Source: Pecten maximus (taxonomy: Eukaryota). From it: DNA of 64,000 bases. The notes below the pieces were generated by a model. The model ran no database searches. It was not told where the DNA came from and worked only from the letters and a program-made list of their open reading frames with translations. Below, one piece after another: positions 39,860-55,016 of this stretch. Where the stretch lies: NCBI RefSeq assembly GCF_902652985.1, contig NC_047022.1, positions 30,723,465 through 30,787,464 of the forward strand, read 5' to 3'. The position numbers were made by a program, and so were the translations under genes. The first letter of the stretch is position 1, and each line of letters begins with the position of its first letter.

Positions 39860-40473
39860 TCCTATGAAAGTGTATACCATTTGCTATACAAACATACCGA
39901 TTGTTCTGTTGCGTGTGTGTTGTATTATCACCTTGTCCTAACGTATGTATTTTTAAAAAATATAAGTAAGTGTATATAAATGGTGACATTGAGACAGACA
40001 TTTGGAACACAATTATGCATTTTATATAAAAATCACCGAAATGTATTCTTCATTTATGTTTCAGGATATAATATTAATGTAAAGTTAAATCCACCTATCT
40101 TCAGTTACAAAATAAAGTTAATTGTTTTCACTGCTATAAAAATTAAGAAAATGAATCTTCTGTACAATATCGACATTTATTATTTAAATTGAACTATCAT
40201 CAACAATTTGTGAACCAAGACATGTTTGTGTTTTGAAAATTTGATTCTCCAAGTTCGAGTTTAATGATGTTTTCCGTATTCTGTTTATTGCAATTCGATT
40301 TTTCTGATATTTCTAATCAAATGATGTAATACATCATGTATATTTATATTGGAGCTTAGATTGTTTTTAAGATATTCGCGTTAAATATAACTGTACTCAT
40401 GTAAATGTTGTTGTGATAAAACAATCAATACAATGCCATTAATAATAACAACAAAGAATACAGACATACTAAC

Positions 40474-40835
40474 GTCCCCTGTTGTAATTGTTTGTTGTTG
40501 GTGTCCTGTCCCCTGTTTTAATTGTTTGTTGTTGGTGTCCCCAGTTTGTATTGTTACTTCTGTCCCCTGTTTTAATTGTTTGGTGTTGGTGTCCCCAGTT
40601 TGTATTGTTACTTCTGTCCCCTGTTTTAATTGTTTGTTGTTGTTGTCTTGTCCCCTGTTTTAATTGTTTGGTGTTGGTGTCCCCAGTTTGTATTGTTACT
40701 TCTGTCCCCTGTTTTAATTGCTTGTTGTTGTTGTCTTGTCCCCTGTTTTAATTGTTTGTTGTTGGTGTCCCCAGTTTGTATTGTTACTTCTGTCCCCTGT
40801 TTTAATTGTTTGGTGTTGGTGTCCCCAATTTATCC
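40474..40835. repeat. Tandem repeat with alternating 54-bp and 36-bp units (tgtcccctgttttaattgtttggtgttggtgtccccagtttgtattgttacttc / tgtcccctgttttaattgtttgttgttgttgtcttg)
   Basis: Direct reading. The Cys/Leu/Val-rich ORFs 40433-41037 are artefacts of it. Confidence 0.9.
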
Positions 40836-40952
40836 CAAGTGTTTTACTACTGTAGTTGTGGTCTTTTCCAAATTCCCGTTGTTGTTTTCCTGTTTTATTT
40901 GTGTGTGTTTCCTTTTTTCGTCTTTCCTCTATTCGTTTTGCATAGTGTATAA

Positions 40953-40973
40953 CGACGACGACGACGACGACGA
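40953..40973. repeat. (GAC)7 microsatellite
   Basis: 'gacgacgacgacgacgacgac'. Confidence 0.9.
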
Positions 40974-43900
40974 GATAATGATAATAAAAAAGCTATCGCT
41001 GATGTCAGAGGGAAATGTTCAGCCATCATACATTTAGTTGTATAAGAAATGATGTAAAAAAGTAAGTACTAGTACATTTTAATTCAATAGTTTTATTGGT
41101 AATAAAAGTGTCGAGCAAGTCGTCATTATTTCAAACATTGATATATCTATATCTCATTAAAATTCTGTTTCAAAAGATATCCCGTAAAATATTATTAAGT
41201 GTATTAGAAAATTAAATAAGGTCCATTTTTTATAAAGTTTTATTGATGACATACTTTTATCAAAGGTTTTAAATCTGATAATAAAGACAAACAAAGCCTT
41301 TGGAGGTTACTTTGATCTATAGGGAAAAAAAAGACAATGCCACATTATCTTTTATCTGCCTATGAAAGATTACTCAATCACACATGTGAGGATAAAAACG
41401 CGTATGTAAATAGTTAGATAAGAAAAAAAGTATCATTCAAACGAGACAACTTTGTGTACATTCACCTGACAGTACCTCTGTCAGGCCTATAGGTACGGGA
41501 TTCTTATTTCATTACGGAGCCATAACGTTAGAAACACAAATATTTTGACACGATCAATATAACGCCCAGTAACCACTGTAGACGCGGGGAGTAATAGTCA
41601 GGACGATCGATTTACTTCTACTGGTATGTAAGAAAGGAAAACGCTACAGAAATCCTACAGGCGCTACTCCGACACCCTCCTTTAGATTTATGTGAATTGA
41701 TTTAATGCATACAGACGTGTTTCAGTATTATTGCTATCGGCATGAAAATCGTTTTGATACCATCTTTATGCTACTATCGTTCTAACGGTATACTAAGGTT
41801 GTTGTTCAGGCTCCTTAATGATAATGGTTTTTAATATTTCCTCTGTGAATATCGAGTGTCTGGTTTGAATCTTTTTATTTTATCCTTCTATTTTGTCTTT
41901 GTGTAATCCATGTAGAACATCAGAGTGATATTTAACCGCAACTATTGTTTCATATAAAGACTTTTGGGACGTTTTTCGACATTCGAATGTTGAACTTTAT
42001 AACTACTTTTAGTTGATATCAATAATCAATACGTGTTCCGACGGGGAATGACAGATCTCATAAAGTCCGCAAGGGTTCCTTGATAAATTTAATAACAACT
42101 GGAGTCGAATTGGTAATCGACTAGATGATGTCGACAAAGCTGAATAATGAAGTTTTATTTATCAATAAGGGGTTGCATACTATGGACAGTTCTATCTATC
42201 GCATACGTACATCAAGACCCGTGTGATCAAATATCCACAAAACGCGATAATATTACCGTCTTGTCGTAATGTGAATGGGAAGAAAGAGGCGGAGATAAAA
42301 CCCCATATCAGTCAATTATCTCGTTTGTATAGGGGAACAAATATATGTTTATCTCGCCAGAGGAAACTGCAGGCTTGTTTAAGTGCTACCAGGTGATATG
42401 AGAAAACCAATAACGCCGATGTATTCTACTCTCAAGACGAATTATTTTTTTTGTTCTAACCGACAAAGTCTTCAGTGACAAGAAGACAAGAAGAAACGCC
42501 ATTGATATACATACTTAGACTGGTCTTGTCCTCCATTTTAAAGGATATCTGTGCTAGTCAAAAATGTTCGTTCATATTTTGCCCACATTTATTGAGTTTG
42601 AGTTGGAACTATGGTTTCGTTATGACGTGGGTATTCTCTGTTGTTTTTATGAATAAACAATATAACAATAATAATAGTATACATACTGTTGATTTGTGTA
42701 ACAGTTAAGAAAATATCCATCCTACGACTTTGAACATACTAAATACAATACGTTTCTTCACTGATTAAGAAGTTATATAATAGCTGATATAAAATAGCAC
42801 TTGCTATTTTTTTCGTCATCATTCCAGCAACGCTTATGCTTTGTGAAGCGTTATTTTTTATCAATGAACGACCAGTTATAACTAGAATTATTATTTAGCC
42901 TAAGCATCCCGATGCAGAAAACGAAACATTCAAATGGAAACATTAACAACCGTAGGTTTAACCAAACATACTGAGAGTTATACAGCAGATAATTATATTG
43001 ATGCGCGCATCATTTTACACGTACCGACGTCGGTATCAACTACAGTGGCTACATATATTAGAGTACGGTCGTTCTAATAAACGAATGAGTGAATATGCCA
43101 GCAACTAATTTGCTACAATTGCACTATTGAAGTGTTTGTTGTAGACAGTTTTCATTACATCAGATCCAGTTACTACCGTCCCCTTATATAGACCATTTTA
43201 TATTATACATGTATACTATGGTAAATAAATAAATGAGAGACGTTCTATATTGATATCAAGCGTGTTGTCTTTTTTTGTGTTTGCCTGGGTAACGTTTTAT
43301 CAACAATACGCCAGCGTGACGTTAAATACATTTTACTGCCAATGAATTGCGTTCTTCAGACGTTTATTGTACATAATCCAAATGCTAGTGAATAACGATC
43401 GTTCTGTCCATAATAAATGCCACTCCAAGGTAACACACGCCAAGGCACTAGCGAGGTTTAAATAAACAGTATCAGATATTTTTTATGACATCGATTTATT
43501 TCTTTTATTGATAAAAAATGTCTATATTTGGACACGTAATTGGCATATGGTACGGCAGCAATATAATTTATGATTAAACGTTTTTCGATTACGGCAAAGA
43601 TAATCAAGCATGTTGTAAAATGCTGTATATCGTCACACACAAGGGAGAGTAAAGTTAGGATCAGATTCACTATATTAATCTACAATTTAAAGCATTAGCC
43701 ATAGTTTGATTTTTGAAGAAGCTACATAAATGTCATTAAATATGTAATATAAAACAGGATATAAAAACATCGAGAAACAGGATACGTCGTTAAATATAAT
43801 TTTCTTTATGTCATGAATCCATGGCTTGTCTGTTTTTCAATTACAAGCAAACGCCACCATAGCCAAATTCATCAGGGCTACATCTAGATTAACATTTGCG

Positions 43901-44874
43901 CTTCAGTGGCACTTTGTAAGCCTAGTAATTTCCGTCTCCCCTGAAACTACTAAGAATACGAACGTGATAATGTGAAGGAACAATGCAAGTTAGGTCACAC
44001 TAGAACTGGACGAGAACTAACAAGAAACGTAATGACTGTGTTAATTGCCGTTACATTATCATCTTGTGTCACGTTTTGTACGGTATCTAAACCTAAGTGT
44101 CATCAACACTGAATCACTGGATCACTAGATGACATCAATATAAGTCTTGAGTGACTTCTATGATCAGATATCATCCTTGCGATTGTTTGGATATCTCGAC
44201 GACCAATGACGTTTAAGCAAAATGTTGATTAATGTTACATACACGACATATATGGACCATTCCATATGAAGACCAAGACTAAAATATATGATGGTAAGAC
44301 CGTCCGTACCCATAGCAAGAGGGTTGTCGACCAGCAATATCAGGCATGTATTCGGGATCTCGTGCAACATACTTTGTAACAACCGCTTATCATGATCATG
44401 ACTTCGCAGTCTATGACGTAATAAACACACGATGTCCTTTCTAAATCAAAAACAATACCAAATATGAAAAGGCTTGACTTGATATATGCTGGAATATTCT
44501 TATAATATCTGTTTTCCCCGGGAATTATTTCAAAGTCTCTATTCCAGGAAAAAGCGCGTAAAAAGTTTCCGTCGCGAGATAAGGAGCACGCGCTATTGGC
44601 TTTTTCGCCAGTTCAACATTTCGGAAGGTCTTGGATATATATTGTATTTAATTTCTGTGGTAATTTTCTTTTGAAATACTGTTTGGGATGGAAATGTGAA
44701 TAATTATTAAAATGCATAGCTTTCGGGTTATAGGCAAACGCAATGGCTTCATGTGGTCTACTCGAATCCTGAATGGAATGTAGTGCTTACTTCGTCTAGC
44801 TAGTCAAGTAGTTATATATTTCAAATCCTGATGGTACGTCATTCTAAAGTAACTTTAAAGTTAACATGCAATTG

Positions 44875-45080
44875 TTGTTGGTCTTAATTACTAAACTATC
44901 TGCGTAGTAAATATAAGACTGTGTCTGCAACAAACAAGCAATCTTTGTTATTCTTGACTTCTTCATTATCTGCGTAATACATATGAGGCTGTGTTGGCGA
45001 CAAACAAGCTTACTTCGTCGGTCTTAACTACTAAACTATCTGCGTGGTAAATATGAGGCTCAGTCGGCAAACTTCGCTTG
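44875..45080. repeat. Three tandem copies of a ~68-bp unit (…ctatctgcgtagtaaatataagactgtgtctgcaacaaacaagc…)
   Basis: Direct reading. The copies are ~75-80% identical. Confidence 0.75.
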
Positions 45081-48000
45081 ATCATTGCACGCAAACATCA
45101 TTTCATTTTCTTTCAATCAAAACCGACTCGTATCGGATGATAAACAATTAAACACGAAAATTACACTATCATGCTTCTGTATTTTCAGTGTTTCTAACAA
45201 AAGGTAAAAGAAAAGTAACCTCATCACCTACGTTTAATTGGTAGTGTTTCAAAACGTATTAGTATAACATTTGCTGAATTAAATCAGAATTGCAGCTGTT
45301 TGATAAAAATGTAATTAATGGAAGACAATGATAATCAATCTAAAACCTTTTTGTCCGTGAAGACTATGACAGCCTTACTATTCTGTAACTAACCTGTCTT
45401 AAAATAAACGGTAATAAAACATTCCCCCATTTCTTAATAGGATGCCTTTCTTTTTTAGAAAAAAATGCAAGTATTTCTACAAGATCGAATGTAAGAACCT
45501 TCTACAAAGTCGTTATCAGCATGACACAATTATTTGATGTTTAGCACACAACTGGCCCTTCAGAGAGTCTCTACATAACCAAGTAGTCATATGTCGAATT
45601 ACCAAATAGTTGGCAGGAACTCCATATAAATATTTATTTTGGAAAGAGATTGCTTAATTGATTTTGGGATGGAATGCTGGAGTTGCTCACCACTCGGCAC
45701 TCATCTTACTTACACAATACTGCAAATAAAATAAACTTAACCTTAATTTGTCGAAAGTGACACCATTACACAAAGTTGTCCTTGTTGTAGGTTTGACATA
45801 TCATTATGTACTTTGAGTTTGAGTTGTGTATTATGTTTTAACACTAATGAACATGTTCATATCAAACTCCTATCCTTAATGACTCAAGTAGATGGTAATG
45901 GAATTGATACCCCCTGCCTAAGGTTTACGTGGTGTAATAGGGGAGCTAAAGATTCAAGCATGACGAATATCTGAGACGACTGGTTTTGTTATTGAATTAT
46001 TATGTAGGTCGTGTGCAGGCGTTGGAATCTAATCTAATGACATCTGATTATCCTTAAAGCCACATACTCACGAAGAAACATATATCAATGTTTACATTTT
46101 GAGCTTTTTACAGTTTTCGGACTTGATACATACCTAACAGACTATCGTAAATCAGAAACTGAAAGAAAATGTGAATTATGAAGTATACGGGGAGTTCCCA
46201 AAAATAATAACTGTGGCTGCCGGACCAAGTTTCTCTGAAAATTAGTCCAACAATGCAACGGCGGTTTTACAGTCCATACAAAATTGCGGAACGCCGAAAG
46301 CGTGGACCTAGGAAAACGCAGACAGATTTTGCCAAAAATAGACGCAAACGTGAGTGAAATCGGCAAAACCCGAGTATTTCCTTAGGAAAGGAAATTATTC
46401 GTTGGAAAAGAAAAGGGAATAGACTCGAATTCCGATTTTACCGGACGTCTATTGGATTGCTGGTTAGCTTTTAAACATTGACAACTTAACCGATCTAAAA
46501 TTGTATCGATGTTTTGTTGTATTCATATTGCTACATTTTAAAATTATGTATTTAGATGTAAACTTTGTTTATTTTATTCAGTTATGCGATTATTCGTTAA
46601 TATGTTTAAATGAATGTATTATTAGACAAAGTTCACGTATGCTCGATATGTTAACAACGGCCATGTGTGTAGTTTATATGCAGCGCACGTTGTTATAGCC
46701 TCGTTCTCGGCTACGTGACAAATCTCGCGATAAATATAAATGCGGCGAGTTATTTTTATACACTGATGTCTCAAGTGTCCAGGCCGGTGGTCATTTTAAT
46801 GTTAGGAGAGCATGAATGAGCATCTTGGATTGCCATTAATACACGTGTGCAACTAGAATTTTAGGTTGTTTGGGAGTATGTGTCTTTAACTGATGGCTGA
46901 AATGATAGTTGAATATCCTTTAACATATACACAATGTTCATTATCAAATCAATCGAGAGGTGACTGCCACGTGTAACGCCGTTCACCTTGAGAGAGCACA
47001 TCAAACTTACTACATACCAGGCATTGTTAGCATAAGCGGTTATGTCGAGGGTATTTTACTGGGATGACATTGCTGTATGCTAAATATAATTAAATATAGC
47101 GCAGAATAGCTAAATATCATGCATCACAGATACGTTTTTGAATGTTAGATCTTCTTCATCATGTTTTACCATTATTGTAAGTCTAAAAGAGCAACAAACA
47201 TTGAAGAATATGTATACTGACGTAATGAATGAGTTAGGCACATGATTAATCATAAGAACCTGGGAGCTATTAATTCAGACAAAAGTCGACGACTGATGTA
47301 TATTATCATGATAAGATGAATCACGTTTTATTAAATAAATTCTAGAACGCAAGCGTTTTCATTCTCTATTTTGGTCTACAATATGAGCTACAAATGTATG
47401 TGTAGACAGAAAAACCTGAATGGATTTTAAATTTGGTATGCAGGTAGAATATCATAGCAAGTTATCTCTCTACTTGTATGATATGTTGTTAAGTGATTTA
47501 TAGTACTTGGAAAATGTATTTTTGTAGTTTATTGTTAATATAATCTATAATCAAACGCACCCTACGTAGCATTGAAAATGGAAAACCATACTTGAATTTC
47601 AAATATATGATATGGGACGAGGATAAGCCTTGAGACTGATTAATTCTGCCAAAATCGAGTGTAGGCGTCCAGGTGGTGGAATTACTATTCGAGTTTTAAT
47701 GCATAAAACGATAGTTTTATATTTGCCTGCCAGCTTTACATGTAAATGTTTCGCAATCAAAAGTAGAACTACATTGTTAGGAAGGTAGACGTTACTTAAG
47801 TACCGTACCTCCACATTAATAGCAAGCTAAACGGCCGGGTTCATGACACGTGTATGTGTAAATAAAACATTCAGAGTTTTTTCATCGTCATATTACGCGT
47901 CATGTATGTATTTTAACTACATTGACACAGTTATATGGAAATGTAATCGACATTACATAAACTGTACGATTGTCTTCATTTGAAAAATACAATTTCAGTA

Positions 48001-48927
48001 AATGTAATAGCTAAAAGTTAAAATCATCGAAGACATACATCGATTGGGTGTCACATGTTATGCCATGTTGGAGTGTCAGAATGATTTACTTTTGTCTCCC
48101 TGGTCACCGGTTACTTATTGACTGGAGCAGAATGTGTTAGCTTTCTACAAAATCTAGTTTAATTTCTATTAATGCTTATTTCCTATATTTGATCCCGTCC
48201 GGAATTTATTCAAAAGTGCGTGTTTCTCTTTATCTTCGTATTCTCCTTGACATCTGATTACATTAATGCAGAAATATGCGATCTTTTGCCACTGCCGTAA
48301 CACTAAGTGTTGACAGCTTGACGTTACATGGATGTCCTTTATCTAGATATGTTAAAACCTTATCCTGATAGTGACAAAAAGTATATCTATAGGCAACGTT
48401 GAAGAGCCTAAGGTAATACCGTGTCTAAGAGTTTGATAGTAACAATACACAGTGGTTTTATCACATCTGTAATATGAATATCAATGTTGTTAGATTAATC
48501 TGAATTAAGGTAACCATGCTTCGTACTAAGCTTATTACGACAACCATCCCTTGCACTATTAACTAGTTCTTACCTGGATTTGACCTACATTTATATGACG
48601 AATGTAATCAGAAGACGTTTAACTCCTTTTTAATTTGAATGGTCGATTTCATTCACTTAGTCGCCGTTTTATTGGCTTTGAGTTTTGATCTTGTTACAAG
48701 CTTGTGCTCTCAAGATATGTTTATTTTAGTTATACATACTTGGGTATGTATCTGTCCTAATCATACAAAAGAAGACGTTATTCTAATTGAATGTAATATC
48801 TATGTATATGTATTATACTTTATTTTAATCAAAATATTTCATGGATGTCTTATTCAATTTAAACTACTGGTTAAGTCACGTTTTAAAACGGTCGGTTTGA
48901 CTAGTGGAAGAAAGTATTGTTATTTTT

Positions 48928-48962
48928 ACGACGACGACGACGCCGACGACGAAGATGATGAT
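48928..48962. repeat. (GAC/GAT)n microsatellite
   Basis: 'acgacgacgacgccgacgacgaagatgatgat'. Confidence 0.85.
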
Positions 48963-51900
48963 TAATTCACTTTTGTTTTGTTTTGTTTAATGGAGCGATG
49001 GATATTCGTAATTGCATGTACATGTAAGCTCCATTATTGTTCTATATCCTTTAAATGAATAAGCCACAACTTATCTTTGCTAATTCCAACAAGGATGGGT
49101 CGATAGTAAATATAACTAAAACTATTTGACACTTCATGTCGGGGTACTGTTATGGGTTTATTTTCCTCAAAGAATTACATTTACAATTTAACACGCTCGA
49201 GGCAATTAAAGTTTATTACTTTTCAACTAGATATACAGTAGCGTCATATGTATGGCAAGTTATCTGTTCACCGGTTGTCAATGTTTTGTTTGTTTTATGT
49301 TTCATATCAACGTATACATGTGTTACTTATCCGTACACGATCTATGTGCACTGATCATGCAGTCACTCCTCACAGATAGTTCAAACGATATTTAGAAGAA
49401 CTCCCCAAGCGGGATTTTGTGTAATGAAAACAACTTCTTGAGTAGTGTTTTTAACGCAGAGGCATTATGTTTCGACCCTAGTCAAATGCGCTTGGCAATG
49501 CATAGCATCGTTATAATTACATAATGTATATTCCTGTCAGTTATATAATTATGTTATACGCGTTTAACATGTGTTCAAGACCTAACAATATAAATCGAAT
49601 ACGAAACATTTCCTTGGACTTCAACATGATCTGAAATTTCTAAATGACAATATGAACTAACACAACAGCCTCAATTTTCAAAATCTATGGCAGTCCTCCC
49701 TAGAACCACATTCGACAATTACCTGATACTTTGTGAAAAATCAAATGTCAGTATTCTTTCTTGTGTGCCCATAAGTAGTCTGATATATGACGGCTTTGTT
49801 ATAATGACATTGGAATCTGTATCTAATTACGGGTAAACATATCTATCATATCATTATGACGACGTTCCGACTCATAGTAATGTGCCTGGATTTTATCTAT
49901 ATTTAGATGGTAGATGCCATCGACGAAGAAGTAGACGTCTACCCCACTAAAATGATTGAACTTAGGGTCTCTTGCGCCTCCCACCAGATTTTGACATTTC
50001 TTTTGATCTATTTTGATATTTGCTTTGGTTATCACCTATCATTAACACTTGTACTACTGTTTCTAACTCTCAATATGTTTTGAAAGATGCTCATGTATTT
50101 TGTTCAATACTTTGGGATTACAGATAGTAGACACTGCTGATGGATTTGCAGTTTGGAGTTTATCGTAATCTGCTTGTCACGACTATGCACATGTACGTAA
50201 TTTTCTTTGGAATATTGAAAATTATGAAACTCGTTAAAAAAAATTTGAAAAAAGAAAAAAAAAGAAAGAAGAGAAAATGCTGTATCAGCCTTTTGCACCT
50301 TCCCATCCAGATTTAAGAATTTGAAGATTCGAGCTTTTAGCATCACTGACGAGTCCTCAGAGGATGGTGTATGGTGCAGTATCACTCATTTTTGCTCTAA
50401 TTTATCTAACTCTAAAGGAAGGTACTTATGTCTTTTGTAAAATTTCTTCATGAACACTTGGAATTATTTCTATAGTCTCTATGCTAACATTTATTTTACT
50501 TCATTACATCGAAATCCTGTTCTTTGATTACTACAATTTCAAAAATGCTCACCCATCCCATACAAGCCAGCTTGAACCTTGATTGTGAAATGTTACTAGA
50601 TCATTTACGGTAGGCAGCTTTACATACACGCATCACGACCACGTATTGATTGCGTGAGCTGCACAATACCCTAGGGAAGCCTGTTGTGTTAGCATATGAT
50701 TTGATTAATAATGCAATAGACCGGGGGGAAGGCATAGTGCATAATATATAGCGATGCATGTCTGGCGGAGGATGAGGCGACCTTTTTCTAGGAGACGGGA
50801 CACAAAAGCTGACAGTCTCGAATTATACCATTGTTAAACACGAAATATATCATTATCATTTAGGAAAAGCTATATGTTTCAAACTTGTAAGTGGCTAAAA
50901 TAAATGAAATAGATAAAATAAATGAATGAAACGACCTTTACTGCTATTGTACAACTATGTACATTTACTCCAGTGCTCTGTTTTATCCAATTATAACTTT
51001 TTCTCACGAGAATTGCTATTGGTACAATATCAAACTACCATGTTTTATTGATTTATTAGATTTACTTGATTGTATTCTTCTAGGATATTTCGATGTCTAA
51101 CGTCATGTGTTATTCTGCTCATTTTGATATCCATCCTTTTCTCTAGGGCAAACACTGAGTGCTGAATTTTATGCATATCGCCATTAGCACTGTTCAGTGT
51201 TTTCAGACTAAAACAGATAGCTCTTGGGCGTTTGATTGACATATACGCTAATATTAGGGTTTTGGGCCGTGTTTAATGATAAACATGTCACTTAGCTTGT
51301 CCAGGTTAAGAAGATATTTAGCTGATTTACATCTGAGCAACCTATATAATATTTATACTAATTATAGCATTTGGATAAGGATGATAAAGGGTTTTATTAC
51401 CATAGGAAAAAAGGGGATCATATGAACATCCACTTCATTTTAAAAAGCATGATTCCCGCTATGTTCCGAAATTGAATGCAGTTTTATACTTATATTTACA
51501 TTTCCACTTCTTTCCATACACGAATTAAATAATTACGACCATTTTTGTCATTGAAAAGAAGTATAAAGTTTTTTTTCCATGAATCACTTTTAACATTTTT
51601 TTGGTTTGCACTGTCTTTGTCTTAATGTGCTTGAAATAATTGTCGTTGATATCATTATGGACATTGTTTTTTATTACGTCATAATTAGGAAGCATGTCTA
51701 CTGAATTTGAAAAAAAAATAATACGGTCGCCATGAAAAATGTTTGTAATGGTACGATTCATCCTTCTCCAGATGTCGGCTTAGTGACAATGCCAAACATT
51801 ACATTATTCATTCCAGAAGGCATCGATAGGTCTACTGACCACTAGGGCCTCTACCTAGTTGAAATTGAATTTTAAAATTTCAAGTTTATTCGATTCTGTC

Positions 51901-54900
51901 GAAATAGTACTAAAAAGAAGTATCTTAACGGGAATGATAAAGCTATGATTTTTTTTGAACTTTTCATTCGAACCAGAGTCGAGTGTGAATTGCATTTTTT
52001 TACATTCATTTCAAGTTCGTATCGGTGCTCATTTCGGTCCATAGCCCTATGAACCGAAACGGAGCTTACTTGGTTCATATAATGACAATGCAACGTGGAA
52101 ATATAGATATACAGCTGTTTAGATTTAGGACGCAGCAGTGATGTTAGGCACCAAACAAATTTGGTAAAAGCAGATGTCATAATGTATTGGTCGACGTCCA
52201 CTTATTACGATATAACAACAATTCGTCGACCAAGACGTTATGTTATTGTACCTTTATTTAGCATGTCCTCATATATTATGGTTAATGTGTACACTTGTGA
52301 TCCTTGTATATATAATATTATATTATTATGATATATATATATTATAATAATATATAATATGAATGCAACGTCGTCCACTAGCAGTATTTAGGGACGAATC
52401 GTCCTTGAACTCTTCGATATACTTTCACGTGCGGGGGAATTTAAAATATCTCTGCCGTTGGTCGCATAGCGTTCTAGTGTTGAACATGATGCAGTCATGC
52501 TAGTATCCGCCTTCGGCCCACGTTTGCCGAAGGGTTCATTGTGGTTTCTCCAGTTACTAAAACATTATTCTTATTGTATTTTATTGTATTTCCTGTGCTT
52601 CTTATATATATTATGTGATTGTAGTTGTAATTTTTTGTGTTTTGATAAAGGGGCGGATTGCCTCGAAAATTTAACAAACCTTATTGTTTACACTGTTTGA
52701 ATTACTTCTTTGCCCCATATATTATAATACATATATATATCAATTTGAACATGAATAAGTCAAACACCTGTGACAAGGCATCTTACATCTCTAGTCAATA
52801 GTAAACGCGCACATTCTGTATGTACTACGAATGGGGAAGATACACTGTCGTCTGAAACTGACACGAAATCAATTCAAATAAAATTTATATCTAAAGATTG
52901 AAAAAACGTAGATATTAACAACTTAACAAACTTAATTGAATATATTAACGGATAAACTCTGTAAATCCTGAAATCTGGAACAATTTATAACTAAGATGTG
53001 TGATAGGCGATTGTGATTGCTGCGATTTCCAATTAGCAATTTTCTATTCTAGATAGAAACATCCTTCTTTCTTTAAAGTTGTCTCAGATGACTAGATAGT
53101 CAAGATGTGCCCTTTTCACAAATTCTATGACATATGTCGACAACTGATGGGAAAACTATACTTAAAGAGATGCAGATTAAAGCAGTCCATTGGGAATTTT
53201 TATATGATATTGTCTTATACGTGTTCAATTTCTTGTTGGTGTTTTTACTTGCTGCTTTGTCTCCAAAGTAGTTATCATTTCGAGAAGTTGACATTACCCG
53301 GACTTAACCTAGAGTTTCGTCTATGAAGCCGAAGACACTCGCTCTCCCGGAATGTTTTTCTTGTACTTTTCAATGCAAAACTATACTTTGGTACATATTG
53401 TAGTAATGGTTTCGTTTTAATGTTGATATTCTCTGTTATTTTCCTAGTAACCGTCCGATTCAACAAAAAACAAATGTGCAATTTTAGAAATAAAACGATG
53501 CCACCTGTATTTGCAAACAATTTGCATTTAGACATAAACTTCTCGGAAACAGTTTTGATATCTTAACATATTTCAACAGTAATATTGGGTTATCATAGCA
53601 ATCAAAAATTGTAACGCAAGTTTGGATGCATAAAAAATCGATGATTTAAAAAGAAATTTATTTTCTTTGAACTGTTGACTGTTGACATGTCCGTTGCATC
53701 AACCGTGTTACCACTGTCTGAAACATTACCATAGCTCCCCCCGCCCCCCCAAAAAGAAAATCTCTTCTTTGTTAATCAATTGGACAAAAGAAGACATGCC
53801 GCCACAATGGATCTCGCAGCTGCTTACAAATTGATATTGTATGTGATTAATTATATCATTAGACATGCCGTCAAACTTAGTGATATCGGTTAAATATGAA
53901 AAGAGAGGAAATCAATTGTGTTCTGGGAAAATAAAATACCTTATAGACCATCAAAGTTCTAATTGATACACACAATCGCACTGAACGGAGCTGATAGTCA
54001 GTCGAATATATTGTCAATACCAGATAACAGTGAAGCATTTGCCTAATGCTTTCCATAAATTTTTATTCAGCTTGTTGGGGAATTCACCGTGAATAGAAAT
54101 CTCAAATCACACTTAGTTCAGATGAATAAATCGGGGGTAAACAGCCAGTCCTATATAGAAATCAGGGGCGCCAGGCCTGAAGATAGATTTTTTGGGGTTT
54201 TTCTTCCAATTCCATTTCTGTATTCTCCAGAATAAATCGGGGTATAAACAGTCCTATACATGAATCAGAGACACCAAGTCTGGAAATAGATGTCTTTCGT
54301 TCTTATTTCATTTATTTGAATTCCATTCCCTATTCAAGAAATATATGGTTACATTTTTTGTATATCTATACTATTCTGATTAAATTGAAACGGAGCGATT
54401 TCCCATGTATATTTACTTGCATTAAAAAAGAAATAAATACTGCCAGTAAGTGATGATGCTGTGATAGCTGATGGTTCTGACTCAGGCGCAATTATTTCAA
54501 AGTGAGATAATGGGCAAGTGTCAGTTTCACTAAGACTCGAATTATTTACTATCCTATGATAGTACACCATATTTGTATTTACCCTTTTTTGATGCTGGAC
54601 AGCCTGCACATTTGTTTGAAAAAAATAATATGATGAATATTAACAGCCTTATCTCATTGTCAGCTGGCATAAACACCCGAATTGTAAATAGCCCTCTTAC
54701 GTTACTGCAGAGACGTATAAAAGGTTTTTTAAGGGTCTTTTTTTGAATAATAAGTATCCTTTGCATTGAGAGTGTGACCGAGAAACAGGAAACCCAAGGG
54801 ATCATATCCTCGATTGTTTACTTGAGGTTTTGTCACGTCCTCAATGTAAGGGATGATTCTTTTGTTCGCTCGTTCTATTTTACTTATGCAGGGTCAAGTT

Positions 54901-55016
54901 GATCAAATATTGAAATAAACATGTAGCAATGCAACACAATGTTGAAGTAATTGAATCGTCGATGTGACGTCATTGTATTGTTGCCAAAAAAATAAAAATC
55001 TTTGTCATAACGTGGG

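Noticed and set aside
39567-39941. 124-aa ORF encoding a poly-His/poly-Ser protein, with an opposite-strand poly-Met ORF
   Set aside because: It is a pure translation of the (CAT)n/(ATG)n microsatellite with no flanking coding sequence.
40433-41037. Overlapping 76-135-aa Cys/Leu/Val-rich ORFs that look like a small cysteine-rich secreted peptide
   Set aside because: The ORFs coincide exactly with the 54 and 36-bp tandem array. The repeat periodicity explains both the absence of stops and the low-complexity composition.
51253-51262. Single TTAGGG telomere-like hexamer
   Set aside because: It is one isolated copy with no array.
52308-52360. AT-only quasi-palindrome (atataatattatattattat…ataataatatataatat)
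   Set aside because: It is low-complexity (AT)n-like sequence. The palindromic appearance is an inevitable property of A/T-only repeats.
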